Assembly: GCA_964016885.1 (NCBI GenBank)
Contig: OZ024742.1
Location: 79,174,001-79,238,000 of the forward strand
DNA length: 64,000 nucleotides
DNA from: Eledone cirrhosa
Taxonomy: Eukaryota
Reading direction: 5' to 3'
A program made the translations under genes and the position numbers. Numbering within the stretch: position 1 is the stretch's first letter; each line of letters begins with the position of its first letter. The notes beneath the pieces are model-generated. The model had not been told where the DNA came from. It ran no database searches and saw only the letters and a program-made list of their open reading frames with translations. Shown here piece by piece: positions 1 to 12,559 of this stretch.

Positions 1-84
1 TATATATTGCTTACTCTGAGTATTTACTCACGATGTGTGCCAAGTGTGTATAAATATATGGTGAATAACTGTGTGAAATGATTT

Positions 85-286
85 TACGAGGGTGGGGTGA
101 AACGTTTGTAGGCTATGTATGAAAGTGTGATGCTAGAACTGTGAAATCTTGCATTCATTAACTTCAACTTTTCTTATTAATAACTTCATTGTTTCTTTTC
201 AAGGACTATGTTGAAAAATAAACCCTGTTTGGTCATACAATGGGAGTATCTTGGTCAGCTTATGAACTTTACAGCTGATCCTGGTA
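85..286. mobile_element. Tc1/mariner-type MITE
   Basis: TA-flanked degenerate TIRs (tacgaggg..tgaaacgtttgtaggct / agcttatgaactttacagctgatcctggta). A related copy lies in the opposite orientation at 46965-47162. Confidence 0.65.
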
Positions 287-932
287 ATTCGATATAGATG
301 TGTTGTAAATCTAACTTCATTCATTTTCCCAATCTAAATAGTATTGTATTTATATGGCCAAATACAGTAGTCGGTTTCTCGAAGTTTTTGCAATTTAATT
401 TATAAATCATATTGGTTATCTGTAACTTGTACTCAAGTTTACTCACTTGTGGTTATTAATAAGGACATTTTAGATTTCAGACATTCTGTAGTATATTTTT
501 AGCGCTAATTTTTGGTGGTGGATTGGCAGAATTTGTTAAGATGTCATTATGGTATTTGTTCTGGCTCTTTATATTTTAAGTTCAGATCCCACTAAAGTTA
601 GCTTTGCAGGCCACCATTCCTAAAATAATATACCAATCATGTACTGAGGTTGATTTACTCAATGATGCCCATCCCTAAAATGTCCCGACCCTTTGCTTAA
701 ATTAGAATTCAGTTCACACATATATTTTCAATCTTGGTGTTTTTATTCTGGATGATAAATTTTAGATCAGTTATTTTCTAGATCATCATTTCGATCGCAA
801 TACACTGAGAACATTAATACAGAAACTTGAATATAATGCTAACCACACAAACAACATGCATACATCATAAACACGTGACTTATGACGTGTAAGTCAAGTT
901 TCAAGTTTGAGATTCTGATAAGAAAGCCAATA

Positions 933-1055
933 CCCTCCGGAGAAACGCCTTCTCCATTCTTTCCGCCGGGGCTGTAGGGAGGCCAGCACATTGGACCCCA
1001 TTTGCTCACCATACGGAGATATGGGGAGAGCCAGAGAGATGGAGGCGATGACAGT
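933..1055 (+). mobile_element. CRE-type non-LTR retrotransposon, C-terminal ORF fragment
   Basis: Translates LRRNAFSILSAGAVGRPAHWTPFAHH, matching the C-termini of the copies at 9516 and 51060 (LRGNAFSILSAGPVGRP). Confidence 0.75.
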
Positions 1056-1399
1056 GGGAGTTCGGCTGTTCTTTCATGTTTGCTTAGGTTACAATTACAT
1101 TGTGATAGAAGGATGAACATTGTGTATATAAGTTACCCTTCTCTGACAGACACACTCCGTTCAGTTTTGTATTTTCAAACTATGAAATGTTAGCGAAGAA
1201 AGAACTTCATAAAAGTTCATAAATTCCATCTAAGCTACAATAAAAGAGACAGTAAAAGTAACACATCACCATTCCACGGTCTGTTGATTAGATTATGGCT
1301 ATAAGAACGTTATTGTTCCAAATGTGTTGTATTTAATAAAAATAAATATTAGAAGTCGAAAACAGAAGTGTTTTTAATACTACCAATATATATATACGA

Positions 1400-1590
1400 C
1401 AGTGGTGAACTGGTAGAGTTGGTAGAGCGCTGCATAAAATTCCATTGCGATATTTCTTCTGGCTCTTTACTTTCTGATTCTAAATTCTGCCATGGTTAAA
1501 ATTGCCTTTCATCATTTCGGGGTCGATAAAATAAAATGTCAGTCAAGTACTGGGTTGGATTTAATCAGCTTTGTCCTTCCCTTAAAAGCT
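1400..1590 (+). mobile_element. tRNA-derived SINE family 1 (diverged copy)
   Basis: A-box-like head and the conserved core ttgcctttcatcatttcggggtcgataaaataaa. Confidence 0.7.
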
Positions 1591-1689
1591 AGGTTGGTTT
1601 ATACACCTCATTATTAGACTATACTATTTGGTCAATGTTACGGTGAAGGTTCTATTTCTATTTGTTAAATATATATATATATATATATA

Positions 1690-1985
1690 TACAGCTTATA
1701 GACACCTGTTAGCTTAAGAGAAACTTAATAATAAGGAGTGGCACCCCATCCTGAACCTGTTTATAGAATTCTTTCTGCCTTTGTTACTCTAAAAATAAAA
1801 ATAAACTATAGCTTTATAGAATTAGCTTTTAATGAATTCCCTTTTCTATCAACCAATGTCCTACACCCATCCCACTCCCCACCCTCTCCTACCACTTGTA
1901 GAGACCTATAAATACCATACTTATTTTTTGATACCCAGATTCCTGATGATTTCTGAAGAATGAAACAGTTCTAGTCCTGTAGAAT

Positions 1986-1990
<5 letters not shown>
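1690..1990 (+). mobile_element. (TA)n-flanked hammerhead element, family A (Penelope pLTR-like)
   Basis: Lies between two (TA)n tracts. A pyrimidine-rich stretch precedes the hammerhead. 1755-1987 recurs inverted at 45151-45380. Confidence 0.7.
1937..1987 (+). ncRNA. Type I hammerhead ribozyme (family A)
   Basis: agattc-CTGATGA-t ttc tgaa gaa t-GAAAC ag ttctagtc ct GTA-gaatct. Stem I is 6 bp, stems II and III are intact, and the cleavage triplet is GUA. Confidence 0.85.
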
Positions 1991-2042
<52 letters not shown>

Positions 2043-2044
2043 TA

Positions 2045-2237
2045 ATAATTATTTCTACTTTTAACACAAGGCCAGCAATTAACCAGTACATTACTGGTAC
2101 TTTATTTTATCGACACCGTAAGGATGAAAGGCAAAGTTAACCTCGGCGGGATTTGAACTCAGATCATAAATGGCCGTAAGTCTATGCTGCCAAGCATGGC
2201 GTCCGACTCTCTATCGATACTGCCAATCCACCGCCCT
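2045..2237 (-). mobile_element. tRNA-derived SINE family 1, full-length
   Basis: The reverse strand reads gggcggtggattggcagtatcg...gagttcaaatcccgccgagg (A/B boxes), then the conserved core ttgcctttcatccttacggtgtcgataaaataaaagtaccag. The core resembles the MetaSINE central domain, from memory. Confidence 0.9.
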
Positions 2238-2459
2238 TATATATAGTAATAATAAATGTGAAGACTAAAATCCAAAGAGGGCTCGATAAGGAATATATAT
2301 ATGTATATGTGTGTGTGTGTGTATGTATCCGTCACGTCTTTTTTAGGCACGAAGGTCTATCTTACCTAGTGTGTACTTTCCTTGTTCAAGATGTTAAGGT
2401 ACTATTCGAGGGAGGTTTCTGTACTATTTTTAGCAGAACGAGCTCTTAATAATTTCTCA

Positions 2460-2608
2460 CTTATTTAATCAGTAACGTAATCCATGATACATTAAAAAAG
2501 ACGATATTATATATAAACTGCATTAGGAGAAAATTAGTATGTTTATTTAAGCGATGGCCAACCGGAAGTGTTGACATTTCAGAAATTTTAAAGAAGTCCC
2601 GCGCTCCG
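2460..2608 (-). mobile_element. Internal fragment of non-autonomous Helitron family 1
   Basis: Reverse complement of about 5129-5290. It retains the uninterrupted site gacgata|ttatatataaactg. Confidence 0.7.
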
Positions 2609-3744
2609 AACTTTGATGGGAGATGAAGTCGAATATATCAACTAAGAAGAAGAAGCGGTAGCAGCTTTAATTGTAAAAAAAAAAAAAATTATTGTTAATA
2701 ACCAATGTAGATTGTGCCATAGATAAAAAAAAAGTAGAATCTTCAGCAAAACTAGCACTCCAATCACTTCTTGATGTATAATTTTTTTTATCTGAGGAGA
2801 GTAAATTCATCTCACAGCAGGTCAACTCAAATGAATCTCAGCTAGTCACCATTAGTTACGAACATTAAGTTAAAATTCTTATAGAACGGCGGATACAATG
2901 TCAGTTAGAAATATGGAATGAAAAATAGAAGTGAAGTAACAGTAAATAGAAAAATATTTTATACTTCTACCTAATATTTCTTTAATATTTCGAGTTTCAA
3001 AAAGAGAAGTTCTCTACGATAGTGGCAAGTATTGAAAGTTTTAGCATTGGAAATGCTGTGCTCATGGCTGTTTTCAGGGGCCTCGAGACTGGTCTAAAGG
3101 AAGGGACGGAGAAGGTATCTGCAAACTGTAGATCTAGTCTGACTATTTGCAATAAAGTGGATTTCGCTAAAGGCACCCAGAAGTCAGGTGGGAATGTTAA
3201 ATTGGATAATGGATTCAGCCCAGCATAATATAATAAACTCAAGGCCTTATTATATTCAAGCTTTAAACACAGTTGTTTTGAAGTTAAGATTAATTACTTC
3301 AGTTATGATATTTATTGTCTGACATGGAAATTTTGAAAGGGGAAAATTATTTGGTTTAAAGTGCGTTCAGTTTTAATGTGAGCACAAATACGTATTGCAA
3401 AAGATTTCTTTAAGTTATTAGATGAATATTTTTGAAAATCATAGATATTATGAGATTTTTAATTGGAATAATGTTAAATTAAGTTTCACAATATTGTACA
3501 CATAATATTGCTACAGAAATAACAAACATTAATAGTAAAATTCTTAAACAGCTATCTACATCCAATTTTTCCCGTTTGTGCAATTCTTTTAACCCCATAA
3601 ATTGCCCATTAAATAATGTATTTGTTTATTTATTTTTAAATCGATAATTTGCGCGAAATATTTACAGCTAATGATTCGGTTTCTAAGATTAATTACATAA
3701 GAATTAATAAAACAACAACAAAAACAATAACAACAACAATAATC

Positions 3745-3778
<34 letters not shown>

Positions 3779-4211
3779 TTTCTTTATTAACCACAAGGGT
3801 TTACATAAAGTAGACATTAAGGACAGTGCAGGACAATGCAGGACGGTACAAATGGGCATTTCTGCGTGTAAAAAACAAAAACAGAGGATGTAACAAAAAA
3901 TAACAATGAAAAATTCCCCAATAGGGGGCAGACTTCGGAGGGACATTTGTGGAGAAAGCCCAGTAAAAAGCGACAATGACCCTGACCACCAAGGCAAGTG
4001 CCCTCTCCCAGTTTTCCACCTTTAGTTTACAGATATATACTCAGAGTCGGCCCATTCACAATAATAATAATAATAATTCTTACATACAGAAAAATAGAAA
4101 GAAAAATCATTTGATTTAATGTTCCGTTCTATTTTAATGTGAGTACAAATATCGCTAAACATTTCTTTAAGTTATTAGATAAATACTTCCCGAAAAATCA
4201 TAGGTACACAA

Positions 4212-5443
4212 TCTAAACTATAATAAAGGAAGGTCTGCGGGATTGTGTACGGTTTATTTTTTTTTATCCCGTTTGTAAAATAAGTTGGATTACTTTGAAT
4301 AAATAATGAATGAATATTACATAATTTATGTACTCAATTTCGTAAACAAATATAATTTCGTAAAAATGAATAATTTCAAATTGACTTCTTTTCAAAGTTG
4401 CACTTCCAGTATATCGTTGCCACCACCACCACTTCAACTACCATATATATAGAAAGAGAGAGTTTGTGATGAGAGAGATAGAGATATTATGATTTTCTAC
4501 ACCTGACGCGTATGATTGTGCACATACATTCATCTATATGTATCAGTATATAACTATTATGAGTATATAACTATAATCGCGCAAACACAAACTTATAAAA
4601 ATACACTCTCACGGACATAATTCACACAAATACACATACTTTCACACAAATATACATACATTCACACATACTTTCACACAAACATACATACTTTCACACA
4701 AATATACATACATTCACACATACTTTCACACAAACATACATACTTTCACACAAATATACATACATTCACACAAACATACATACATTCACACATATACATT
4801 TACACAAACACACATGTACAGTCATGATAGCGTTCGGTTTAATTGGAGATGGGAGGGTATACTTTCACACTAATATACATACATTCACACATACTTTCAC
4901 ACAAACATACATACATTCACACATACTTTCACACAAACATACATACATTCACACATATACATTTACACAAACATACATACATTCATACATATACATTTAC
5001 ACAAACACACACATACAGTTATGATAACGTTCGGTTTAATTGGAAATGGGAGGGTAAAACAAGTATAAGGTTTTATTTATTTATTAACTCTTTTTTTTTT
5101 TAAACTCATCTAAACGATAATAAAGTAAGGAGCGCGGAACTTCTTTAAAATTTCTGAAATGTCAATACTTCCGGTTGGCCATCGCTTAAATAAACATACT
5201 AATTTTCTGTCTCTAATTTTCTCCTAATGCAGTTTATATATAATATCGTCTTTTTTAATGTATCATGGATTACGTTACTGATTAAATAAGACAGTGCAAC
5301 ACAGTCTTCATTCAATTTCTATGTATTATATATTGTCAATTACGATTTTATTTGATGTATCATATCTACATGTATATATACCTGTGTATAATATCAATAT
5401 ACACACTACACATGCTAGCAGAAAAGAGTGGTTTTTCTGCTAG
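4212..5443 (+). mobile_element. Non-autonomous Helitron (family 1)
   Basis: 5' TC (a|tctaaactataataaagg) and a 3' hairpin ending CTAG|t, inserted between A and T with no TSD. A second copy is at 57067-58921. It carries an internal CA-rich tandem array. Confidence 0.85.
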
Positions 5444-6676
5444 TTTTTAATAAGAATGCTATATTCAGTTTCAGTCAGGCATAACTTCTGTTACAGAAAT
5501 AGCAAATACTAATAGTAAAATCTTGAACAGGTGTCTACCTACAAACCTACCCGTTTAGTAAATTGTAAATACATGATATCTTTCAAAATCGATAGTTTAT
5601 TGTGCAAACCGATTTACAGCCTATAATTCACCCCATAAGGATTATTCCAGGCTAACCGAATATCCTTTTAATTTAAAACATGATCAACAGAAATGTACTT
5701 TCAGCAATCGTAAATTATTTTTGATTCAAATTTCTGGAAGTAGATCTGGTCTTTAAATCATAGCAATAAAATTACAAAATCATTTGGTTGTGCTCTTTCT
5801 ATTTTGGAAAAAAAAGAGTATATTGATCCGTAGGAATTCTATCCTAAACGATCGTTCAATGTATATAAATGTATGTAAAAAAAAAAAAAAGAATATTAAT
5901 AATACGAACTCACAGCATAATATTTCGGTTCTGCTTTGATTAATTTAATGTAACGACGTTTATTCTCTACAAAATGGTGGCCTCAATTAATTAAATAAGA
6001 TGGAATATGAACGAGTAATTAGCAGAGACATGATTGAATCACTCAAGCACAGCTCCTTCAATGAAATTCAAACTGCTACCGCTTTTTAATAAAAGCTTTT
6101 TCTAAGACCTTCGGATACTTGATATTCACTATTTTACGAGTGTGTAGTGTAGCGAGTTGTTTACAATTAATATGCAAAATTTCTTTAATGACGGGAGAAT
6201 GATGCGAAATTGCAACAGCATATTTGTTTTGGCGGTTTATTTTTTTCAATGTATAGTCCCTTAACTCTCACGGGAGTCGTGGGGGCGCTGCCTTTATATA
6301 CGTTGTTTCTAGGACATTGTTTAAACCTTGTAGAGCCCATCTCTTCTGCTTGTCTGAGTAAAATAGATTTCTTTCGGAGAAAGATACAGCGTTGGAGAAA
6401 GGAAATGAGAAAGAGATGTAAATGAAAAATTGACCAGTACTAGACTGGTACTTTTTTATTGACTTTGAATGGGTGAAAGGCAAAGTTGGCTTCGAAGGGA
6501 TTTGAACAAATAAACCGAAACTAATATCCTTCTAACGACTCAATTTCACCTGTTATTTTGTTTATATTATAATTATATTATTGCTCTAAAAACTGAATTA
6601 TTGTAGTGATAAATATTGAATGATGCAATATTCTTATTACATTTACGAAATAGTTTCTATTAATACTACTATTACT

Positions 6677-6900
6677 AGGGAGGTGGATTGGCAATTTCGG
6701 TAGAGCGTCGGTAGAACATGTCTTGCGGTGGCATAGTTACGACCCTTTGAGTACTGAATTCAAATGCCACCGAGGTTAGCTTTGCCTTTCATCCTTACAG
6801 GGTCTATAAAATAAAGTACCAGGGACGTACTGGGGTAGATTTAATCAACTTTGCCTCTCACACAAAATAGTCGGCCTTGTGCCTAAATCTGAAATCATTA
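6677..6900 (+). mobile_element. tRNA-derived SINE family 1 (long variant)
   Basis: Head ggtggattggca, B box, conserved core and a ggccttgtgcc tail. Confidence 0.8.
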
Positions 6901-8004
6901 CTATTGCCCTTACTAAAGTCGGTGAGTAGGCAGAATCCTTTGAGCCGGCCAAAATGCTTAATTGTAGTTAGTTACGGCTCTATACATTCAACTCTGGCCA
7001 ATATCAATCATGTACTGAGATCGATATAGTTAATTTTCCCTTCCTCGTAAATTGCTGGTCTTACGCCTAAATTAGAATCTATTATTACAATGTTGTAATG
7101 ACACTTTCCTCATTTTTTTTAATAGTTTCTCTTTTGATCAAAGAGACTTCCTATAATGAAGGTCATTCTCTCTTTCACCATCCCATCTTGGTTTAATTTT
7201 CTTTTCAAATATAGTCTCTTTAGTATAACCAGCGACATTATCTAATTTGTCAATTTATTTTTCTTTTCGTTTAAGACGTTAAGGGAAATTTAGCTGTCTT
7301 TTCTAGTAGGTGTACTCATTCGATTGCTCTTTTTGTTTGTGGTATTGGTACGGAGGTTGGAGTGCAGATCACAGGAATACTCTTGAGGAGAGTGGCAAAA
7401 TGTGTGGTAGACTTAATTTTAGGTAGGGTTAGGGTTAAAGTGGCAGATATAATCCTAGGTGACAGATTTAAACTTGAACGGAAGACATAATCTTATGTGG
7501 TAGATTTAAACTAAAGTGGTTGGTTTCGTAATTCGTCGCCTGGTTTATCACCACCATCTTGCAACAGGGTGAATTTAGCAGAGTACACTGTTGCAAACAT
7601 TGGCAACAGGCCTCAAATTTCAGAATGCCCTCTTTCTTCCCTCTTACCAGTAAAAAGTTAGAAATAAATTACGTTGAGAAAGAGGTGGTTTATTTTGTGG
7701 ATATTTGAAGTCCATAACTTGAAAATCAGGACAGACAAGAGAATGAACAATCATGGTCAGAACAAAGAGACGGACGGTCAACAGGAAGAGGAGGAAAGGA
7801 AGGACAAGAGACAGTAAAATAGAAGTAGATATAACTGTGTGGGTAGACATCCGACATGAAGTGAATAACAGAATAATTCTAGCAAATTGACACGTACACA
7901 TTGAAACATAAGAGTGTGTTTGAACACACACACAAACATGCACATGTATATATATATATACATGTATATATTTCTATGTATATATATATATATGTATATA
8001 TTTT

Positions 8005-8085
<81 letters not shown>

Positions 8086-8245
8086 GCAATTGAATTCAAG
8101 CATTCGACGTACGTTACTTCTTCAAAGTAAAAATGACGGCGTATAATTAGAATTAGAACGAGGAAAATGCGAAGTTGTAGATTTTAAAGAGTCCTTTATT
8201 AATAAAGCTAAGATATATATTTCATGGTCACTTCATTATTTAACC

Positions 8246-8316
<71 letters not shown>

Positions 8317-8464
8317 AAAAGTAAACGGAAAACAACACACCAAACGATACAGATATATTACTTTAACGATTGATTATAGGATCCCGATATAAATCGGGAG
8401 GCGATCACTGTAAAAAAAGGTACTAAATACGCCAGTAGAATATAGGTATACTTTATTATAGAAT

Positions 8465-8518
8465 TGACATCTACAAGATTAGATCTGATTCATTCGGAAG
8501 AAATCATCAGAGGAGTCA
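8465..8518 (-). ncRNA. Degenerate hammerhead ribozyme (family A)
   Basis: Reverse strand reads CTGATGA t ttc ttcc gaa t GAAT cagatctaatctt GTA gatgtca. GAAA has mutated to GAAT. Confidence 0.55.
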
Positions 8519-8931
8519 GATAATTTTTGTCAGCTTCAGTATTTATACTTTCCTCGGAATGATTTAAGGTGGGGCGATAGGTTGATTGTGGGGGACGGAT
8601 AGATAGAGTTGTGTAGGTGATGGAATTAAGGTGAAGTAAATGGAGGGCAATAGAGGAAGGAAAAGAAGACAGAGAAGGAGAAGAGGAAAAATAATAAGAA
8701 GGTGGAGGAGAAAGAAAGACGTAGGTGGTAATAGAGGGCGGGGAGATGAATAAAAAAAAAGGTGGGGGGGGGGGGTAAGGATGGGTTTTTGAGAACCTAT
8801 TTGTTTTTCAGTTTAGGAGGAATTGACTCCAGGCATGGTTGATTTTTAGTTTTAATGGTTAGTTGTTTACCAAAAGAAAAAAACTTTCACATAAACATAT
8901 ACATACACACACACACACATATATATATATA

Positions 8932-9148
8932 GTCGATCGACTTTCCTCAAATCGGACCGAGGAAACAATGTTTCCATTGGTCTTTCCAATTGCTAATACT
9001 ATCTATCGGTCGCAACTCCGGGTAGAAGGAGCAACGTGAAATAAAGTGTCTTGCTCAAGGACATAAAGCATCGGCTGGTGCGTGAATCGAACTCACAACC
9101 TCACGATTGCGAATCCAATTCTCAAACTACTCAGCCATGCGCTTTCAC
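8932..9148 (-). mobile_element. tRNA-derived SINE family 2 (CORE-like)
   Basis: Reverse strand has gcatggctgagtagttt...gtgagttcgattc and tgtccttgagcaagacacttt. Other copies are at about 19900-20040(-), 42645-42865(+) and 44045-44253(+). Confidence 0.8.
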
Positions 9149-9308
9149 TATATATATGTGTTTTGCATATTTTACTGCGTCCTAATATGCACAGGATTAC
9201 ACACTATCAACTTCCAATATATTGTACCATATTTGATATAGTTTTAGAATTTGCTATTGCATATTAACAAGATGTCTTAGAAAAATAATTTGTAAACATT
9301 TCTTTAAA

Positions 9309-9490
9309 TAATTGTTTCTACTTTAGGCACAAGGCCAGCAATTACCCAGTGCATTACTGGTACTTTATTTTATCGACCCCGTAAGGATGAAAGGCAAAGT
9401 CAACTACGGCGGGATTTGAACTCAGATCGTAAAGGGACGTAACTATGCTGGAAAGCATGGCGTCCGACCCTCTACTGATACATCCACCAG
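9309..9490 (-). mobile_element. tRNA-derived SINE family 1
   Basis: Near-identical to the other family 1 copies. Confidence 0.9.
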
Positions 9491-9509
9491 GTCCAAACAT
9501 TAAAGAACG

Positions 9510-10212
9510 AAACTGTCACTGTCTCCGTATCTCCCGTTCTCCCCATCTTTCATAATTGTGAGCCAATGGGGGACCACACGCTGGCCGCCCCACAGGCCCA
9601 GCGGACAGAATAGAGAAAGCGTTTCCCCGGAGAAGGGTGAGAGAGATGCGCTGGAAGAGCCATTCCAGCTGGTGAGGCCCACATTTGCAGGTAGCCAACT
9701 CTGTGCCGATGGTGGTGAGCAGGTAGGTGACCTTAGGGCCAAGGTAACAGAAGTCTCCACTGCTAGGGGCTCGACCGCAACCCAGTCGGAGAGCGACCGA
9801 TATTTGGAGCATTTACGCGCATCGGCCCGAAGTGCAGCAGAGCTTGGGTTAGTCGCTGAATGCACCAGGTTGCCACTGGAGAATGTATCGCTGTATGTGA
9901 CATCCCAGATGAGAGGTTTACCACCACGGAACGGGGTAATGGTCATGCCCTCTGGCCTTCTGCTGTGCCTTCAATCCAGTCCCGCCAGCTTCAGCTGGTA
10001 AAGTAAGCTTGCAGCATCCAAACCATGCTTGATGACCTCGTTGAGAGCAGCATGGCGTAGAAGACAGCCGGGACTGTAGCAGCAGGACATTGGATGGAGG
10101 CCGAAAGAGTCTATGGTGGATCCGCAGCAACATCTGTGTAGCTCGCAAATCCGACGGTGGAACCTCAGGGAAATCCCGATTCGCAGGCTATCATTATCCA
10201 GCTGCGTGCCAT
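9510..10212 (-). mobile_element. CRE-type non-LTR retrotransposon fragment (Zn knuckle + restriction-like endonuclease), frameshifted
   Basis: ITPFRGGKPLIWDVTYSDTF...ADARKCSKYRSL..VEPLAVETS and EWLFQRISLTLLRGNAFSIL are PD-(D/E)xK RLE motifs typical of the CRE clade. Confidence 0.85.
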
Positions 10213-10289
10213 ATTGTAACTATTGTAACAGAGGCTGACTGAGAATGAAGTGTCCGTTTTCCGTTGTCTTTGTCCTGTGCACCCCTGAT

Positions 10290-10347
<58 letters not shown>

Positions 10348-10603
10348 GCATCTAGCTGTGAAACGGCAGTAGCTCGGCCACCGGGTCCCGAAATTGTCAT
10401 ATATATATATATTTCTTGTTCGTCTTCGGTCACTTATATAAATATATCTACATACACGCACGCACACACACATACATACAACATTCGCGTTAAGTTATTG
10501 CTTTACATATATTCATTGTCTTTTGCTTATTGATACGGTATTTTTAGATTATACTGTGAATTTTCAGCACCACAAAACTAGTCTAAAGAAATTGGCTTGT
10601 ACA

Positions 10604-10680
<77 letters not shown>

Positions 10681-10685
<5 letters not shown>

Positions 10686-11766
10686 GAAGAGAGAAGAAAC
10701 ATTTAGATATAATTAGTAATAAAATGTATCATACCTAAACTGCTCCTAGATTCCTCGACTACGTAGTTTCGTGGCATAAACAAAAACAATGCATCATAAA
10801 GATATAGAGTCTTTGCCAGGTCTGCCGATTTATCAAGAGGATACCTCATTTTACTAGCTTCAAGAACGCGTCTACATGACGTGAGAAAGAATCCCAAAAG
10901 GCGGAGGGGGAGATAGTCACGCGATATAACGGTCGAGAAACAGAGCTAAGCCTCTTATAACCCCGAAGAAAATACCACGGAGGCGGAGGGGGTATTTATA
11001 TCGAAGCCGTAGAAGAGGTGGTGAAGGAGGCGAGAAGTATGAGTAATGGCAGCTTTCCAGCAGTCACCACACTTCAAAGATTACTCGACCAGAGGGAGTT
11101 ATGAACTATATATTTAGAAACACACAGATACATGCGGACACACACATATACATGAATCCATCCACACCCAACCGTGAGTTAATGGTGCCAACCTTACCGA
11201 TGTTGCTCAATGAATAACTGGGACAGACCAATCTGGTTGAATCAGACTGAACCAGTATCAGAGTTAAAAATACATTATGAAGAGAGAAGAAACATTTAGA
11301 TATAATTAGTAATAAAATGTATCATACCTAAACTGCTCCTAGATTCCTCGACTACGTAGTTTCGTGGCATAAACAAAAAACAATGCATCATAAAGATATA
11401 GAGTCTTTGCGAGGTCTGCCGACTTATCAAGAGGATACCTCATTATCCTCTTGATAAGTCGGCAGACCTCGCAAAGACTCTATATCTTTATGATGCATTG
11501 TTTTTGTTTATGCCACGAAACTACGTAGTCGAGGAATCTAGGAGCAGTTTAGGTATGATACATTTTATTACTAATTATATCTAAATGTTTCTTCTCTCTT
11601 CATAATGTATTTTTAACTCTGATACTGGTTCAGTCTGATTCAACCGGATTGGTCTGTCCCAGTTATTCATTGAGCAACATCGGTTAGGTTGACACCATTA
11701 ACTCACGGTTGGGTGTGGATGCATTCATATATATGTGTGTGTCCGCATGTATCTGTGTGTTTCTAA

Positions 11767-11770
<4 letters not shown>
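10681..11770. mobile_element. (TA)n-flanked hammerhead element, family C (direct repeat, period 593 bp, plus ~330 bp fold-back)
   Basis: 10681-10850 is repeated at 11274-11443. 11445-11770 is the reverse complement of about 11110-11437. Three hammerhead copies lie at 10750-10842(-), 11343-11436(-) and 11445-11537(+). Confidence 0.8.
11445..11537 (+). ncRNA. Type I hammerhead ribozyme with variant U3-A8 core and long stem II insert (family C)
   Basis: atcctc-TTGATAA-gtcggca...tgccac-GAAAC tacgta GTC-gagga. Stem III is palindromic (ACTACGTAGT) and the triplet is GUC. Confidence 0.72.
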
Positions 11771-11818
<48 letters not shown>

Positions 11819-11957
11819 GTGTGTCACCCTAAAATGCATGCACACTTCAAAAGCATTATAATAAATATTGCCTGTAGAGGTTACCAAAGTGTGTATATAA
11901 TTTTTGGGATACTCCATATATATACATATATATATAATAATTATTATTTGCTAAGAA

Positions 11958-12165
11958 TGGGGCGGTGGATTGGCAGTATCGGTAGCTGGTCGGACGTCAT
12001 GCTTTGCAGCATAGAATTACGCCGCTTTACGGTCTGAGTTCAAATCCCGCCGAGGTTAGCTTTGCCTTTCATCTTTACAGGGTCGATAAAATAAAGTACC
12101 AGTAATGCACAGGGGTCGATTTAATCGACTTTCCCCTCCACTCCTTGCGCCTATAGTAGAAATCA
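11958..12165 (+). mobile_element. tRNA-derived SINE family 1
   Basis: A/B boxes and the conserved core. Confidence 0.9.
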
Positions 12166-12559
12166 GCTTAGAATGCGATTTCGATTATATACTCCACAGA
12201 TTAAAAAAGAAATACGGTTGTATATTTTATCATCATCAATAACCTGACCATCCCTACAACCATAGTTATTTAGACTTTCTAAGAAACTAACTTAATGTAG
12301 CTGTGAATTTTAAAATACATAAATCTGATAAAAATAAAACACACAAAAAAAACAAAACAGGCCGAAACTATGCCTGGCATGGTTTCTGCTTTTGCTCAGT
12401 AACATTTGTTGAAAAGCAATTGAACGAAGGTTGATGCATATGTTATAAAAAGGTCATTGTTCATAAAATGAGTTTATCACTAAAATAAAGCAAAAAAAAA
12501 AGAAGCATGAAATCTGATTCATCATCTGATTTGCTAAATAATTCTAACTCAGCTACTTG

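Noticed and set aside
2780-3242. Possible MULE transposase remnants (FPPDFW, TAMSTAFP) on the minus strand
   Set aside because: The motifs are short and out of the expected order, so this cannot be supported without a profile search.
2460-5290. Apparent long-TIR element formed by 2460-2608 and 5129-5290
   Set aside because: The right arm is internal to a Helitron with its own defined ends, so these are two copies of one family in opposite orientation.
7648-7717. Possible minus-strand exon (ttttcaag|...MDFKYPQNKPPLSQRNLFLTFY|gtaag)
   Set aside because: The splice signals are plausible, but there is no recognisable homology or partner exon.
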